Assembly: GCA_951406725.2 (NCBI GenBank)
Contig: OX597820.1
Span: 3,100,001 to 3,164,000, forward strand
DNA length: 64,000 nucleotides
Source of the DNA: Octopus vulgaris
Taxonomy: Eukaryota
Direction: 5' to 3'
Shown here: positions 27,401-41,521 of the stretch, one piece after another
Layout: every line of letters begins with the position of its first letter
How positions within the stretch are numbered: position 1 is the stretch's first letter
Notes under the pieces: generated by a model
Databases searched by the model: none
What the model was told of the DNA's origin: nothing
What the model saw: only the letters and a program-made list of their open reading frames with translations
Program-made: the position numbers and the translations under genes

Positions 27401-27900
27401 AGTGGTGATCCAATTCGTCGTCACCTGGTTGTGGTGGTGAACATGGAGCTTTAAAAGTTGTTGTCTATCAAGTGACAACCACGACGACGATGATGATATC
27501 GGAGTGGGACATTGGTGGATGTGATGTTAGTCGTTCCATAGCCACACACACTTGTGCTCGTTGCTATAACCACGCTACCACCATCACAACATCACCTTTT
27601 CCCCTTCCTCCCACTTGTGTTTATATATTGTCATTCTCATAATTAAATATCCTTTTCCAGAACACAATTATATTTACCTTCGCCTTCTCAGATATGCCCC
27701 CCTTATAAGGCAGGGCATTTCCCCAACGAAAACTATTTAGACTTGGTTTTTAGCTTCTTTTTTTTTATTCAGATGAGAACGCAACATTTTATTTTTATTT
27801 TTCAAATAATTTTTTTTGATCGTTTTAAATCTTAGTTGATGGATTTATTTTTACTATGTTTAATCAAATTGAGGTATACAAGGTTGAAATGAAATTTATA
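24500..27900 (-). promoter_or_regulatory. Repeat-poor, CpG-retaining block; candidate promoter and first exon(s) of the MICAL-like gene
   Basis: About 3.4 kb almost free of the SINEs found everywhere else, with many intact CpGs. Contains CArG, TATA, CCAAT and ETS-like motifs and minus-strand donors GTAAGG (25268-25263) and GTAAGT (25194-25189). Confidence 0.55.
27620..27710 (-). promoter_or_regulatory. CArG box (CCTTATAAGG, 27701-27710) about 75 bp upstream of a minus-strand TATATAAA (27627-27620)
   Basis: Exact CC(A/T)6GG match and a TATA box oriented toward the MICAL-like exon. Confidence 0.5.
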
Positions 27901-28052
27901 AAAGAAATTTATTGATAAAAAAAACATCAAGGAATGTAAGTGAAATTTTAGAACGTGTGTGTGTGTGTGTGTGGATAGATAGATAAATAGATAGATAGAT
28001 AGATAGATAATATTATGTGTGTGTGTATGTGTGGAAAATTCGGGGTCTTTTT

Positions 28053-28054
<2 letters not shown>

Positions 28055-28103
<49 letters not shown>

Positions 28104-28108
28104 GTATG

Positions 28109-28153
<45 letters not shown>

Positions 28154-28299
28154 GTATGTATGTATATATATATATATGTATATATATGTATGTATGTATA
28201 TATATATATATGTATATATATGTATGTATGTATATATATATATATGTATATATATGTATGTATATATATATGTATATATATATATATGTATATATATCT

Positions 28300-28364
<65 letters not shown>
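28055..28364. repeat. (TA)n/(TATG)n microsatellite
   Basis: Directly visible. Similar tracts at about 33382-33530 and 56547-56710; (GT)n at 44197-44276. Confidence 0.97.
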
Positions 28365-28369
<5 letters not shown>

Positions 28370-28970
28370 TAAACGAAACCACACTCTTGAATGATATAAT
28401 CGCCAAATGTTATTTCAGGAGAAAAATTAAGGAAAAAAAAAAAATTACTATCTTATAAATTAAACGTTAAAAAAGAGGGGGGGATCCAAGAAAACTGGCG
28501 GTGGAGGTGGTGGAGGTATATATCGGCAAAAATAACACAGTTTAGTTGGTGTGTTTAAGTTATGTGGAGAGATGGGCATCCGACGGTTTTGGTCTAACTC
28601 TTCGTCTAAGAGAAAACAGATGTTTCAACTGAAGAATTTAAGAAGTATAGAGAACATAAGACATGATGAGGGGGGAGAGGAGGTAAACCTATTTAGTCGA
28701 TGGAAGTTACATATATATATATAGATAGATAGATAGATATAGATATATATATATGCTTTCAAATTTTTCCACAGGTCTAGCAGTTTTTGAGGGGAGGGGG
28801 AAGTTGATTACGTTAACCCAACTACATAACTGGTACTTATTTTATCGACCCCAAAAGGATGAAAAGCAATATCAACCTCGGCGGAATTTGAGCTCAGTGT
28901 ATAAAGACGGACAAAATGTTGAAAAGCATTTTGTCCGGCGTGCTAACAGTTTTATCATCTCACCGCTTTC

Positions 28971-29000
<30 letters not shown>

Positions 29001-29004
<4 letters not shown>

Positions 29005-29309
29005 TCTTTATTGGCCACAAGGACCCACATTAAAAACAAAAGGACTTTACACAAAACAAACAAGAGACGACGCGTGTAAATAGTAAATAAACAAAAACAA
29101 TACAAGAATTCGAACAATTAAATTCCCTCATAGGGGGGAAATCCAACTAGGGACGACCCAAGAAACCCCACACACCATGGACACCTTGATCACACAGGGC
29201 ACCTCAGGCAAGCACCCCTTTCCTCTTCACCCTCTCCAACCTACAAGCGCATTCACAGGAGGGGGGCATCCTCGCCACATCCACCCACCTTTCAACGAAC
29301 TTGTGCCGA
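29001..29309 (-). mobile_element. L1/Tx1-like LINE 3' end inserted in (AAT)n
   Basis: The minus strand reads KFVERWVDVARM and ends ..gtggccaataaagaaag, flanked on both sides by (AAT)n. Confidence 0.5.
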
Positions 29310-29544
29310 ATAATAATAATAATGATGATCCTTTCTGCTAAAATTCGGGGGAAATGGGTAAGTCAATTATATCGACCCAGTGTTTCACTGGGACTTAATT
29401 TAACGAGCCCGAAAGGATTAGAAGCAAAGTTGATCTTAGCGTAATTGGAACTCGGAACGTAAAGATTGGGTGAAACGGTACTCAGCTTTTTGTTTGGCAC
29501 GCGAAGGACTCAGCCAGTTTGCTGCACACACACACACACACATA

Positions 29545-29608
29545 AATAAAACAGACAGATAGAAAGAAAGACAGACACAGATAGATAGACAGACAGATAG
29601 ATAGATAG

Positions 29609-29666
<58 letters not shown>

Positions 29667-29746
29667 ACAGATAGATAGACACAGGTAGATAGATAGATAG
29701 ATAAATAGATAGATAGATAGATAGATAGATAGATGGATAGATACAG

Positions 29747-29795
<49 letters not shown>

Positions 29796-29902
29796 TAGAT
29801 AGATAGATAGATAGGAAGAAAGACAGACACAGATAGATAGATAGATGATGTACGTTGTAAAGGGGGAAGCAGATATAGATAGATAGACAGACAGACAGAC
29901 AC

Positions 29903-29933
<31 letters not shown>

Positions 29934-30612
29934 CAGACAGACACAGGTAGAAAGATAGATAGATAGATAGGTAAATAGATAGATAGGTAGATAGATAGAT
30001 AGATAAACAGATAGATAGACACAGGTAGATAGATAGATGGATAGATAAATAGACAGACACAGGTAGAAAGATAGATAGATAGGTAGATAAGTTTCTTTAT
30101 TAGTCACACAGGGCTGCACACAGATGAGACAAATTACAAGGTAGAGCTTTTCTTTTGGGGGATGAAAACAAAAAAAAAGTGGCGTAGGTTTTCGATCAAA
30201 AGGGATCGTAAAAGAAAAAAAGGAAAAGAAACAAAAGAAAAGAAAAAAGAGGGAAAAAAACGATCAATAGGGATCTTGTATCACAGTGTCATGATGTACG
30301 TTGTAAAGGGGGAAGCAGATATAGATAGATAGACAGACAGACAGACACAGATAGATTGATAGATAGATAAATAGATAGATAGATAAATAGACAGATAGAT
30401 AAATAGATAGACAGACACAGGTAGAAAAATAGATAGATAGGTAAATAGATAGATAGGTAGATAGATAGATAAATAGATAGATAGATAGACAGACACAGGT
30501 AGAAAGATAGATAGATAGGTAGAGAGACTGACAGACAGATAAATAGATAGATAGACAGACACAGGTAGAAAGATAGATAGATAGGTAAATAGATAGATAG
30601 AGAGACAGACAG
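29545..30612. repeat. Complex (GATA)/(GACA) microsatellite with an inserted non-repetitive segment (30091-30320)
   Basis: Directly visible. Confidence 0.97.
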
Positions 30613-33378
30613 CATTTATTTTATTGAATCAAAAACAATTGTGGTGGAGGTGAGAGGCGGAATATTTCTTTGTGAGATTTGAAATGACAATTAAACATGT
30701 AAAATGAAATACTTGTAGATATTTCAGTCTTGTCTGCTACTCTTAATCCTGGGCCCCACTTCATCATCATGATCAAAAGACTAAACTCACCCAGGAGCAA
30801 AATGCTAATTCTTACAGATGAGTTTGTATCATCGATTATTTTAGAAGCAGCTTATTAAATAATCATTTGCTATTAATTAATAACAGTGTGCCACAAATCT
30901 AAATTCCTTTATGCTCTTTAAAAAGATCGCTCTTGAATCATTTCAAATTTTCGTTAGAATTTTTAAAATAAATTTAAAAAGGATTTTTATCATACAAAAC
31001 TACATCCATGCAAGAAAAAGAAATTGAAAGAAGTAATCTGATGAAAATTTGAAATAATTCAAATAGTTATAAGAATTTTAAAAAGATCCCTGTTCTGTAC
31101 CGTTTGCTATCTACCAAATAAGGGTTTTAGTGACCATAGGGTGCATGAAGAGTGGTAAAACACAATTAATAAGGTAAGCATAAAATTAGCTGAGTTTCAG
31201 TTAGGCAAAGAAATTTATAATTACAAACCTGAAGAACATAGACAGCCAAGTTGATGGGATATTAGACAACCAGCTGAAAGGTCAACATTTTTCATTCTGT
31301 TACAAGTGTTGATATAAACTCACTGCTGATAGCAGCAGCAGCAGCAGCAGCAGCAGGACTACTGTGGAATCGACAAGTGATTTGTTGCCATGTAGTACCA
31401 GGCTAAATTCCTCCAGTGCAAAGATTTACCTCATCCATTTATTTAACACTTCAGAACTAGAGATAAGCACCAGACCTGTGGAAGTCATATTGACCCAGCT
31501 AGACAGAGAGTAGGAAATGTTGTAAACAAAGCTATAAGAGATAAGATGTTGGTCTGTAAACAGTGAAGGTGGGTGGGGGGGGATAAAGAAGAAACAGAAA
31601 ACTAAATGTTTTCCAAGTTTGGAAAGAAGCTGAGAGCAGAATGTTTGTCAGTTGTTTGTAAAAAGGATTGGAGATAAGAAATGTTTTGAATTGCTCCATG
31701 TCTGTCACAATAAATTTGGACATCATTGCTGAGACGTATTAACTATCATTTGTTAGAAATTGACTTACTTTCAATGATAAAAAATACCTCTTTCAAGTTT
31801 GTTTGTGACTACTTGCCTACAAGATTCATAAGTACCATTATTCTTTTATTTGTTTCAGTCATTTGACTGCAGCCATGCTGGAGCACCGCCTTTAGTCGAA
31901 CAAATCGATCCCAGGACTTATTCTTTGTAAGCCTAGTACTTATTCTATCGGTCTCTTTTGCCAAACCGCTAAGTTATGGGGACATACACACACCACCAGC
32001 ATTGGTTGTCGAGTGATGTTGGGGGACAAACACAGACACACAAACATATACATATGTGTGTGTATATATATATATATATATGAGGCTTCTTTCAGTTTCC
32101 ATCTACCAAGTCCACTCACAAGGCTTTGGTTAGTCCAAGGCTATAGTAGAAGATACTTGCCCATGGTGCCACACAGTGGGACAGAACCTGGAACCATGTG
32201 GTTGGTAAGCAAGAACTTACCACACAGCCACTCCTGTTAGAAATTGCTACCCAACATCTTTCACTCATCAGCAACAAGCCCCATGATTTAAAACCAAGAA
32301 CAACAGCCACAATGACATCTGCTTCCTTAACTCTTTATCATTTGGACCTGGTGCTGGTGACACATGAAAGGCACCCGTGCCAGTGATACATATATGGCAC
32401 TTGTGCTTGTGACGCATAAATGGCACCTGTGCTGGCGATGCATAAACAGCACCCACTACATTCTTGGAGTGGTTGGTGTTAGGAAGAGCATCCAGCCGTG
32501 GAAACCATGCCAAAGCAGGCTGGAACCTGGTGCAGCTCTCTGGCTTACCATTTCCAGTCAAACTGTCTAACCCCATCCCAGCAGGGAAACTGGATGCTAA
32601 ATGATGATGGTGATGATGATGATGACGACGACGACGACAATGATGATGGTGATTACTCTATCAGATGCGATGCTTATTTGTACCCATTGTTTTTAATTGA
32701 TTATGCATTATCTTCTAGCTTTGATGTGATGGTTTATTTTTAGAGTGGCATTGTAGGGTAGGAGTGAGAGGCTGGATCTGATCAGTTTGGAGATAAAGTA
32801 AAATGGGTTAAGCTATCATGTCTCGTTAAGACTACTATCATTGCCATTTCACAAATTATGAACAGCGAGTGATTAGACGTGCATCTGACCCACTCAAGAT
32901 CCTCTTTAAGTCAAGTGCTTGCCACTAGGGTGACAACGAGGTGCACCAGCTTGAAATTCAGTTGAGAAGATAAAGAGAAACAAACAATAAAATGCAGGAA
33001 TGGAGCAAAGCCATCATCATCATCATCATCGTTTAAAGTCCATTTTCCATGCTGGCATGGGTTGGACGGTTTGACTGAGGTCTGGGAAGCCAGCAGCTGC
33101 ACCTGCTCTAATCTGATCTGGAAATGTTTCTACAGCTGGATGCCCTTCTTAATGCCAACCACTCCGAGAGTGTAGTGGATGCTTTTTACGTACCCCTGGC
33201 ACAGGAGCCAGTCAGGTGGGCCTAGCATCGATCACATTCAGATAGGGCTTTTACGTGCCACCAGCACGGGGGCCAGTCAGTGGGTACTGGCATTGGCCAT
33301 GTTCGGTTGGTGCTTTTTACAAGTCACCGGCATGAAAGCCAGTCAGGCAGACCTGGAATCGACCACATTCAGATGGTG

Positions 33379-33423
<45 letters not shown>

Positions 33424-33466
33424 AATATATACATATAGATATATGCATATAAATATATATGTATAT

Positions 33467-33534
<68 letters not shown>

Positions 33535-34953
33535 CTTAGGAAACAGTTTGCACATGCAGGTGCTACGAGTTGAGAACTCCGCATACCAGAAGCCAACAAG
33601 TGTATGGGGTCATCAGGAGAGATACTTACAAAAAAAATGGAAACATCAAAAGGGCTTTGGGTGGCTCTTTCCAATTGCTTTGCTAAGTACATTGCAGATG
33701 TTAGCTTCCAGCATGGCTGTGTGATAAGGAGTTTCTTTCCCAACCACATGTTTGCAGTCCCACTGCCTGGTGTGTTGGCCAAGGGCCTTCTATTATAGCC
33801 TCAGATTCACCAATACCCTGTGAGTAGATTTGGTAGAAGTCTGTCATAATTGTGGTGTTGGTTTGTTTATGCCTCTGTCACATTGCAATTTCGCATAAGT
33901 ACCTGATAGAATAAATACCAACCTTAACATTAAAAGAACTGGGGTCAATTTGATCAACAAAACCCTTCAAAGTGGTGCCTCAGCAAGGCTGCAGTCCAAC
34001 AACCGGAACTGGAATGAATAAAAGAATAAAAGAATATGTATAAGGGTGTTAAACTGGAAGCAATTGTCTGAGGAATTTAGTGGAGAAGGAGAGAGGGGGA
34101 GAGATAGAGAGAGAGAGGGGGGAGGCAGCAAGACTGACAGACAGACAGAGCAGCTAGGCTTTATCTTCAACTTTGTCTGTTATGGAAGAAGGGAAGACAG
34201 TGGAATGGCAAAGCCATTATTATGCCAGATGAAATGCAAAGTGGCAATTCTTCAGATTCTTTTGTGTACTAAATTCAAATGATGCCATGGTCCTTTCAGG
34301 ATCAAGGAAATAAGTACCACATGAGCCCTGGTGGAATCAATGGAATTGATTTCCTCATTCCCACTAAAATTGCTGGCCTTATGCCAAAATTAGGAAGAAT
34401 TCCAGCTGGAAGAATTGTTAGCATGCTGGAATGAAGTGCTTAGCCGTATTTCACCCATTGCTACATTTTGGAGTTCAAATTCTGCTAAGGTCGACTTTGC
34501 TTTTCCTCTTTACAGGGTCAATGAAATAAGGACCAGTTGAGTATAGGGGTTAATGTAATCGACTATCCCCACTCCCCCAAATTTTCAGGGCTTGTGAATT
34601 GTTACCTCAACAGACAAAATACTTAGTGACATTTCTTCTAGTTTTACATTCTGAGTTCAAATGCTACTGAGGTCAACTTTGGGTTTTATCCCTTTCAGGG
34701 TCCATAAAATAAGGACCAGTTCAGCACTAGGGGCAATGCAATCAACTCCCCCACCCCCACCCCAAATTGCTGGCCATGTACCAAAATTAGAAAGAATTAT
34801 TATGGAAGGAGCTTCATTTAATTTACAGGACTGAAGGAAGCAAGAACCCAATGTAAAAGAGGTGATGCCAGTTAAAAGTTTTCAAGGCAGACCATGGAAT
34901 CTGCTTCAGTTGTTTAGTATTACAGAACTAGAGATAAGCAGCAGACCTGTGGG

Positions 34954-35699
34954 TAGGGCTAGATTAAGGCCCATACAGGCCCTAAGCACTTCAAAGATTT
35001 TGGTGCCCCTGGGTCATGGCAGATACCGGTGTCACACAAAATGGCACCTGTGCTGGTGGTACATAAAAGCACCCTTGGAGGGGTTGGCGTTAGAAAGGGC
35101 ATCCAACTGTAGAAAACCGTGCCAAATCAGACTGGAGTCTGGTGCTGCCTTCCAGCATGTCAGCCGGGTCAAACTGTCCAACCCATGCCAGCATGGACAA
35201 CGGACGTTAAATGATGATGATGAATTCAAAATGTAAACCAATAGTGAAGCACAAAATAAATTTTAATTTTCAAAATGAAACAACACTAACGATAGTATAG
35301 AAAATAATGTTTACTTTCACAATTTTCCACTTTGTTTATATTTTTTCAATTGCAAAGCCTTCAATCAGATCCTCACCCTGACACCATGGCTACTTCGAAA
35401 TTATATTCCCAGTCATAAATCAATTTATTTGGAAATGATAAACTCAACTCAATCAATGCAAATAGTATTACAAGAAACCCTAATATATCCTTATATCTAT
35501 GATAATGATGAAAAGGAATCTTATCTAAATCTCTGTTTAATCCTAAGGGATTACTTGTACCTCCTTCATGTATTATTTTAGCTAGGGTAAAGTGATTTCT
35601 TTTGTGCTGTAGACCATTTACCATTTCTGTGGGGCCCCCCCAAATTCCCTTGATACCCTTGGCACCTGATTATTTTGCTTGATGGTTAATCCAGCATTC
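34954..35699. mobile_element. hAT-type MITE containing a nested RTE 3' end (about 35015-35222) and the cytb NUMT
   Basis: Degenerate TIRs TAGGGCTAGATTAA / TTAATCCAGCATTC, imperfect 8-bp TSD cctgtggg/cttgtggc, and an uninterrupted paralogous host site at about 31452-31510. Confidence 0.65.
35421..35572 (-). pseudogene. cytb: NUMT: mitochondrial cytochrome b fragment
   Basis: With translation table 5 it reads [48 protein letters not shown], matching the cytb HE.G.NNPLGL.S..DKIPFH.Y.S.KD motif. AGA codons fall at conserved Ser positions. Confidence 0.92.
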
Positions 35700-38554
35700 C
35701 TTGTGGCTGTCATAGTAACCATGCTAGACAGTGAATGAGTGGGTGATGCTGTAAACAAAGCCGTTAGAGATAAGATGTCGGCAGGTAAATAGTGAGAAAG
35801 GAAAATAAGGGAGAAGCCGAGAGATAAGTGCTTTTGCAAGTCTAATAAATAAAGATTCTAAGAGTGGAAATGTTTATCAGTGTTTGTGGAAAGGATGAGA
35901 AGTGCAGAATATTCAGAATTGTTCTTTTGTGTATCACAATAAAGATAGCACAGGTGAGACGCAACATTAAAATGATAGGAGAGAGCTGGCTTTCAACGAT
36001 AAAAAGCACCATTATCATAACTTCACTTGACAAGTACTTGCTGCTGATAGGGGGGGGGTGGGGTAAATCTGTAGATATCATGTGATTAGATTAAGTGGAA
36101 AAAAAGAAAAAAAATTTGTAAAGTGAAGACCCGTGCTTAAATGGTTACCTGGGTAACATGGTTGTGTAGTTGTAGACTTTGTGGTATTAATGGTATTATA
36201 GTGGAAGCCGGAGCTTAGAGTAGGAGATATCACACTGAGCCAGGAAGCTTTTACACACACACATGCAAACACACACAAACACACATGCAAACACACACAA
36301 ACACACACACGTGCGCGCACACACACTCAGATATATATAAATATATATATTTGCCAGTATAGCATGTTAAGATGACGATGATGAAAATGATGATAATAGA
36401 CATCCACATACACACATATAGAAAAATACACGCACACACACACACTCAAATTTGTGTATATATCTCTATGTATGTATATGTATACATATATGCATGCATA
36501 CATACATAGATACATACATATATACCTATTCAAATAAATAAACAATTAACAAACAGAGAATAAAAAAGAAGAAAAAGAAGAAAAGAAGAAAAAATGAACA
36601 TGAGGGGTGCACAGTAATTACATTAATTAGACCCTTGGTGAAGGAAAAGAGTTGTTGTTAACATTCCGAGCATATATATATATATATACACACATATATA
36701 TATAATATATATATGTATATATATATAGTTATATATATATATATATAAAACATGTGTGTGTGTGTTTGAAAAGGTTTAACGAAAGCGCTCACACACTAGA
36801 AAAAAACCTCTTCCCAAAAGAGGTTAGTAACATCCTCATAAAAGATTTGATAACATTTTTTTAAGAATGAATTTTTTAAAAAAGAATCACCTTCACACTT
36901 CAAAAACTGTATTATGTAAGCCTCATAGACATTCAAATATATATATATACACATCATCATCATCATCATCGTTTAACGTCCATTTTCCATGCTAGCATGT
37001 GTTGGACGGTTTGACCAGGGTCTGGGAAGCCAGGAGGCTACACCAGGCTCCAGTCTGATCCAGCAGAGTTTCTACAGCTGGATGCCCTTCCTAACGCCAA
37101 CCACTTTGTGAGTGTAGTGGATGCTTTTTACATGCCACCGGCACAGGTACCAGGCAAGGCTGGCAGCGACCACGATTGGTTGGTACTTTTTACGTGCCAC
37201 CAGCACAGAAGCCAGTCAAGGTGGCACTGGCATCGACCACGTTCGGATGGTGCATTTTACGTGCCACTGGCACAGGGATCACAACTACAATTTCCATTGA
37301 TTTTTGATGTCGATGTACTTGACTCAATTGGTCTATTTGTATATAGAAATTTTAAATTAATCAAAGGACATACCAAGTATGTCTACATGCTGGAAATAAC
37401 AGTCAAAACTCTTATTTTAATTGCCATAATACACTGATAATAACTACAGAAATCGACCGTCCAAAGGCAAACAGGCTAAGGCAATTGTTAAATTTTTACA
37501 CTAGATAATAACAGTCAATGTTAGATTTGCAAATTATTTTCCTGTGAATTATTTGCTCCATATTGAAACACACACACACACACAAACATATATATATATA
37601 TATGACCTTTACCTGGGATGTAGCCAGTCCACTTATGCATACCTTTCCTCCTTGGGACACAAAACTCTGCTTGCAAAGACCTGTTGAGGCAAGTGAAATC
37701 GAAATCAATCAAAAAATCAATGGAAATTGTAGTTGTGATACCAGTGCCGGTGGCACATAAGAAGATCCATCCGAACGTGGCCATTGCCAGCGCCGTCTCA
37801 ACTGGCCTCCGTGCCAGTGGCATGTAAAAAGCACCAACCGATTGTGGTCGTTGCCAGCCTCCTCTGGCACCTGTGCCGGTGGCACATAAAAAGCACCCAC
37901 TACACTCACGGAGTGGTTGGTTTTAGGAAGGGCATCCAGCTGTAGAAACTCTGCCAGATCAGACTGGAGCCTGGTGCAGCCTCCTGGCTTCCCAGACCCC
38001 AGTTGAACCATCCAACGCATGCTAGCATGGAAAGCGGACGCTAAATGATGATGATGATGATTATTTGTGATGGGGGCTGGGGAGTGGTTTTGAGGGAGAT
38101 GGTTTTGTACCAGGGAATACATGGCTACTCCAGTTAAAGAGAGCGAGAAAGAGAGAGAAGGGGAAGAAAGGGAGTGAGAGAAAGAGGGAGAGGTAGAGAG
38201 AGGGGGGAAGAAAGGGAGAGAGAGATAATACGGTTGTGAAGCTGTACCAGGGCATACTCTTAAGGTACAAGGAGGTGAATGTAAATGGAAGGGTGGAGGG
38301 ACTGAACAAGGTGAGTGAGAAGGGAGTTCATGAGAGTGGGAGGAAAGAGAGGAGAGAGGGAGTTCATGTGAGTAGTGATCATGGGTATATGTAGGGGGTG
38401 AGGGGGCGACAGGCTAGCAATGATACAGTTGGCAGTGGGAGGAGAGAGTGGAATTGGTCTGCAGGGGCAGAAGAGGCAAGAACAACGTATGATGAGATGT
38501 AGTTTGGTTTAATGGATGTGGAAGGTGAATTAATGTTTGGAATTTGCATCACCA

Positions 38555-39135
38555 GCCTGGAACCCCTATCTTGCTCAGAATATTGACCTGGAAACTGTTC
38601 AGAAATGTGCAACCAAGCAAAAACACCCTCCATCAGGCATCTACCATACTCTGAACACCTTGCTTCCCTGGGCTTAGATACATTGAGGCCCCGACTTCTG
38701 CCAAGTGACTTGGTAAATATCCACAAAATTATTAACCCTCATGCCAACAACAACCTTGAGAACCTTTTTTGAGCTCCATGTGTCTAACACATGTGGGCAT
38801 GGCTACAAAGTCAGAAAACAGCACAGCACCCCATGACTTCCAGAAACATTTTCTCACACTCAGAGTCACTGAAGCATGGAACAAACTACCTGCATCAGTT
38901 GTTAGCTGCCAAGACATTGCATCCTTTAAAACCTTCATGCTTCCTGAAATTCATCAACACTACACCTGACATCCCTCTCTATTCCATACGCACACACACC
39001 TGTATATCATGACTCATACACTGTTCACTTTCCTGACTTTTCTACATAATTCTTTGTACTGTACATACACCTTTGATTGAGTTGTAGAGCACCTGAGCAC
39101 TGTACACCACAATTTCATTATTATTATTATTATTT
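38555..39135 (+). mobile_element. Degenerate CR1 LINE 3' end
   Basis: LETVQKCATK..GHGYKV..FLTLRVTEAWNKLPASVVS..ASFK, with an (ATT)n tail. Confidence 0.8.
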
Positions 39136-39149
39136 GGCTGAAGAATACA

Positions 39150-39620
39150 TAATACCCAACACTTCCAGAACCCAGTTTTACCAAAGTGGGGGGCTCTTCT
39201 CAAGAACCTTACATCGTCAGACACCTCAGTCCATTGTCATTCTCCTCCATGGGGCCTAACACCTTGAGATGGATCCTCTCTACGTCATCCTATGTCTTCC
39301 TGGGATTCCCTCTTCCACAGGTTCCGTCCACTTTCAGTGGCACTTCTTCATACAGGTGTCCTCATTTGCATACTACATCACATGACCAAACCATTGTGGT
39401 CTCCTCTCTTGCATGCTGCATCTGATTCCTCTCATGCCCAACTTTTCTCTCAGCACATTTGCACTTTGCCGTACATGCACACTGATGTTGCACATCCATT
39501 GGAACATACTAGCAGCTTCATTCCTCTCCAGTCTTCCTATGTCCTCTGCACTCGGGGCCCATGTCTCACTACCACGGAGCAGAGCCATTCGTACACAAGC
39601 ATCATTCACTCTGCCTTTGG
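39150..39620 (-). mobile_element. RTE LINE ORF2 C-terminal fragment
   Basis: ACVRMALLRGSETWA..LERNE.SM.QWMCN..LREKLG..QERR..WFGHVM. Confidence 0.85.
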
Positions 39621-41149
39621 AATGGGGAAACTTGAAGCAGATAAAACTTTAAATAATATTATGTAGATATTGTGTTAAAAAACCCTTTGGATAGGAAAAG
39701 TCAAAGGTTTCACTCACACGCATGCATGCACACACAAAAGTTGATTTTATGAAGCGTGAATATGAAGTGAAATGAATGACAAAAAATGTCGGCAGTGAAT
39801 GGAGGATGTCTTCAGCTGCTCAAGTGTTAATTTTCATGGAACGTTGAACCTAAGTCAATTGGATTTCAGGAGAAATAGCTGAATAGATGTGATAAGCATC
39901 TGTATTGTATCAATGCTTCACACTGCTGTGATTTTTAAAAACGTTTGGATAGAGTGGTGTCCTGGTTCAGAAACAATAGAAAATTAGGCTCTGAAGATAT
40001 GTTATCTTGAAAAGTTTTCTGTCCCCAAAAATAACATAACAAAGGATTGATATATATTCAGGGGGGTGGGGATAGAGTGTCAAATTATTCTGGTAACTTT
40101 TTATCTTATATCATTTATCTTTTACTTGTTTCAGTCATTGGACTGTGGCCATGCTGGAGCACTGACTTGAAGGAAGTTTAGTTGAAAAATTTATCCTCAG
40201 TACTTATACCCCTTTTACTCTTTTACTTGTTTCAGTCATTGGACTGTGGCCATGCTGGAGCACTGCCTTTTCAGTCGAGCAAATCGACCCCAGGACTTAT
40301 TCTTTGTAAGCCTAGTAATTATTCTATCGATCTCTTTCGCCGAACTGCTAAGTTACAGGGATGCAAGCACATCAGCATCAGTTGTCAAGTGATGTTGGGG
40401 GGACAAGCACAGACACACAAACATACATACACACATGCATATACATATATATACATATACGACAGGCTTCTTTCAGTTTCCGTCTACCAAATCCACTCAC
40501 AAGGCTTTGGTCGGCCCGACGCTATAGTAGAAAACACTTACCCAAGGTGCCACGAAGTGGGACTGAACCTGGAGCCATGTGGTTGGTAAAGAAGCTACTT
40601 ACCACACAGCCATTTTTTTTTTAATCACTGGTGCTTATTCTATCGGTCTCTTTAACTGAACTGCTAAGTTATGGGAAGTAAACAAACTAACACTCAGTGT
40701 CAATTGGTCACAGGGTTATGTGATACACATGCACACACACATACACATATACACATGCACACACACAAACATGCACACACACACAGACTCACGATGGGCT
40801 TCAACACAGTTTCCATTGGTTGATTTGTGGCTCTTGTAAAAGACACTTGCCTGAGGTGCCATGCAATGGGTTTGAACCCAAGACCCCATGGTTGCAAAAT
40901 GAGCTTCTCAACCCTTTAACATTCAGATTATTCTGTCCAATGAAATGCTTGTGTGTTCACAATTTTCAATTCATCATAGACCAGGGTTTTCCGAAAATCC
41001 GCCCAGGGTTGTTAAATGGAAAATTCTATTTTACAAAACTATTTTTTGGCTTAAATAACCACCCACCTATAATAAACGTCTATAGGTGGTAAAATATGGA
41101 AGTAAAATATTTCACCTTGGAAAAAACAAAGATTTTCTCAAAAACCGTA

Positions 41150-41521
41150 TCTATATATATATAAACAGCAAAATGTCTGTCTGTGTGTGTGTGTATCCTT
41201 TATACAAATCCACAATTTTTCAGTTAGAGAGCTCGCACTTTCTATGGTTATTTAAAGCTGTCCAAGGGTGGTCGTGCACATCTTTACATTTCCCCAGTCA
41301 CCCCACAAAGCCATTAAAAAATCAATAGAAGTGACTTTTTTGTGAATTTTCTATCTAAAACCCAATCAAAATGCCTGAAACTTGATACGCCAATTGAATG
41401 CCAGCTAGCTGTATGTGATTGGTCGGAGATTTGGACAGTACTCGCGTGTATGTGCGCACGCACGCAGCTGTATATGCATGCACTAGCACTATGACGCGGC
41501 AACGCCGGGTCATAGTGATAG
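41150..41521 (+). mobile_element. Non-autonomous Helitron
   Basis: A|TCTATATAT..cggcaacgccgggtcatagtgATAG|T (terminal CTAG mutated). Confidence 0.8.

Noticed and set aside
27948-30615. Long ORFs (up to 227 aa) rich in IY, YLSI or CV
   Set aside because: They are translations of (TA)n, (GATA)n and (GT)n microsatellites. The same applies at about 33.3-33.8, 36.1-36.5 and 55.9-56.8 kb.
31330-31356. (CAG)n as a poly-Gln exon
   Set aside because: No splice signals or coherent reading frame.
35373-35624. 83-aa ORF as a functional nuclear gene or real mtDNA
   Set aside because: Only about 50 codons are cytb-like, embedded in nuclear repeats.
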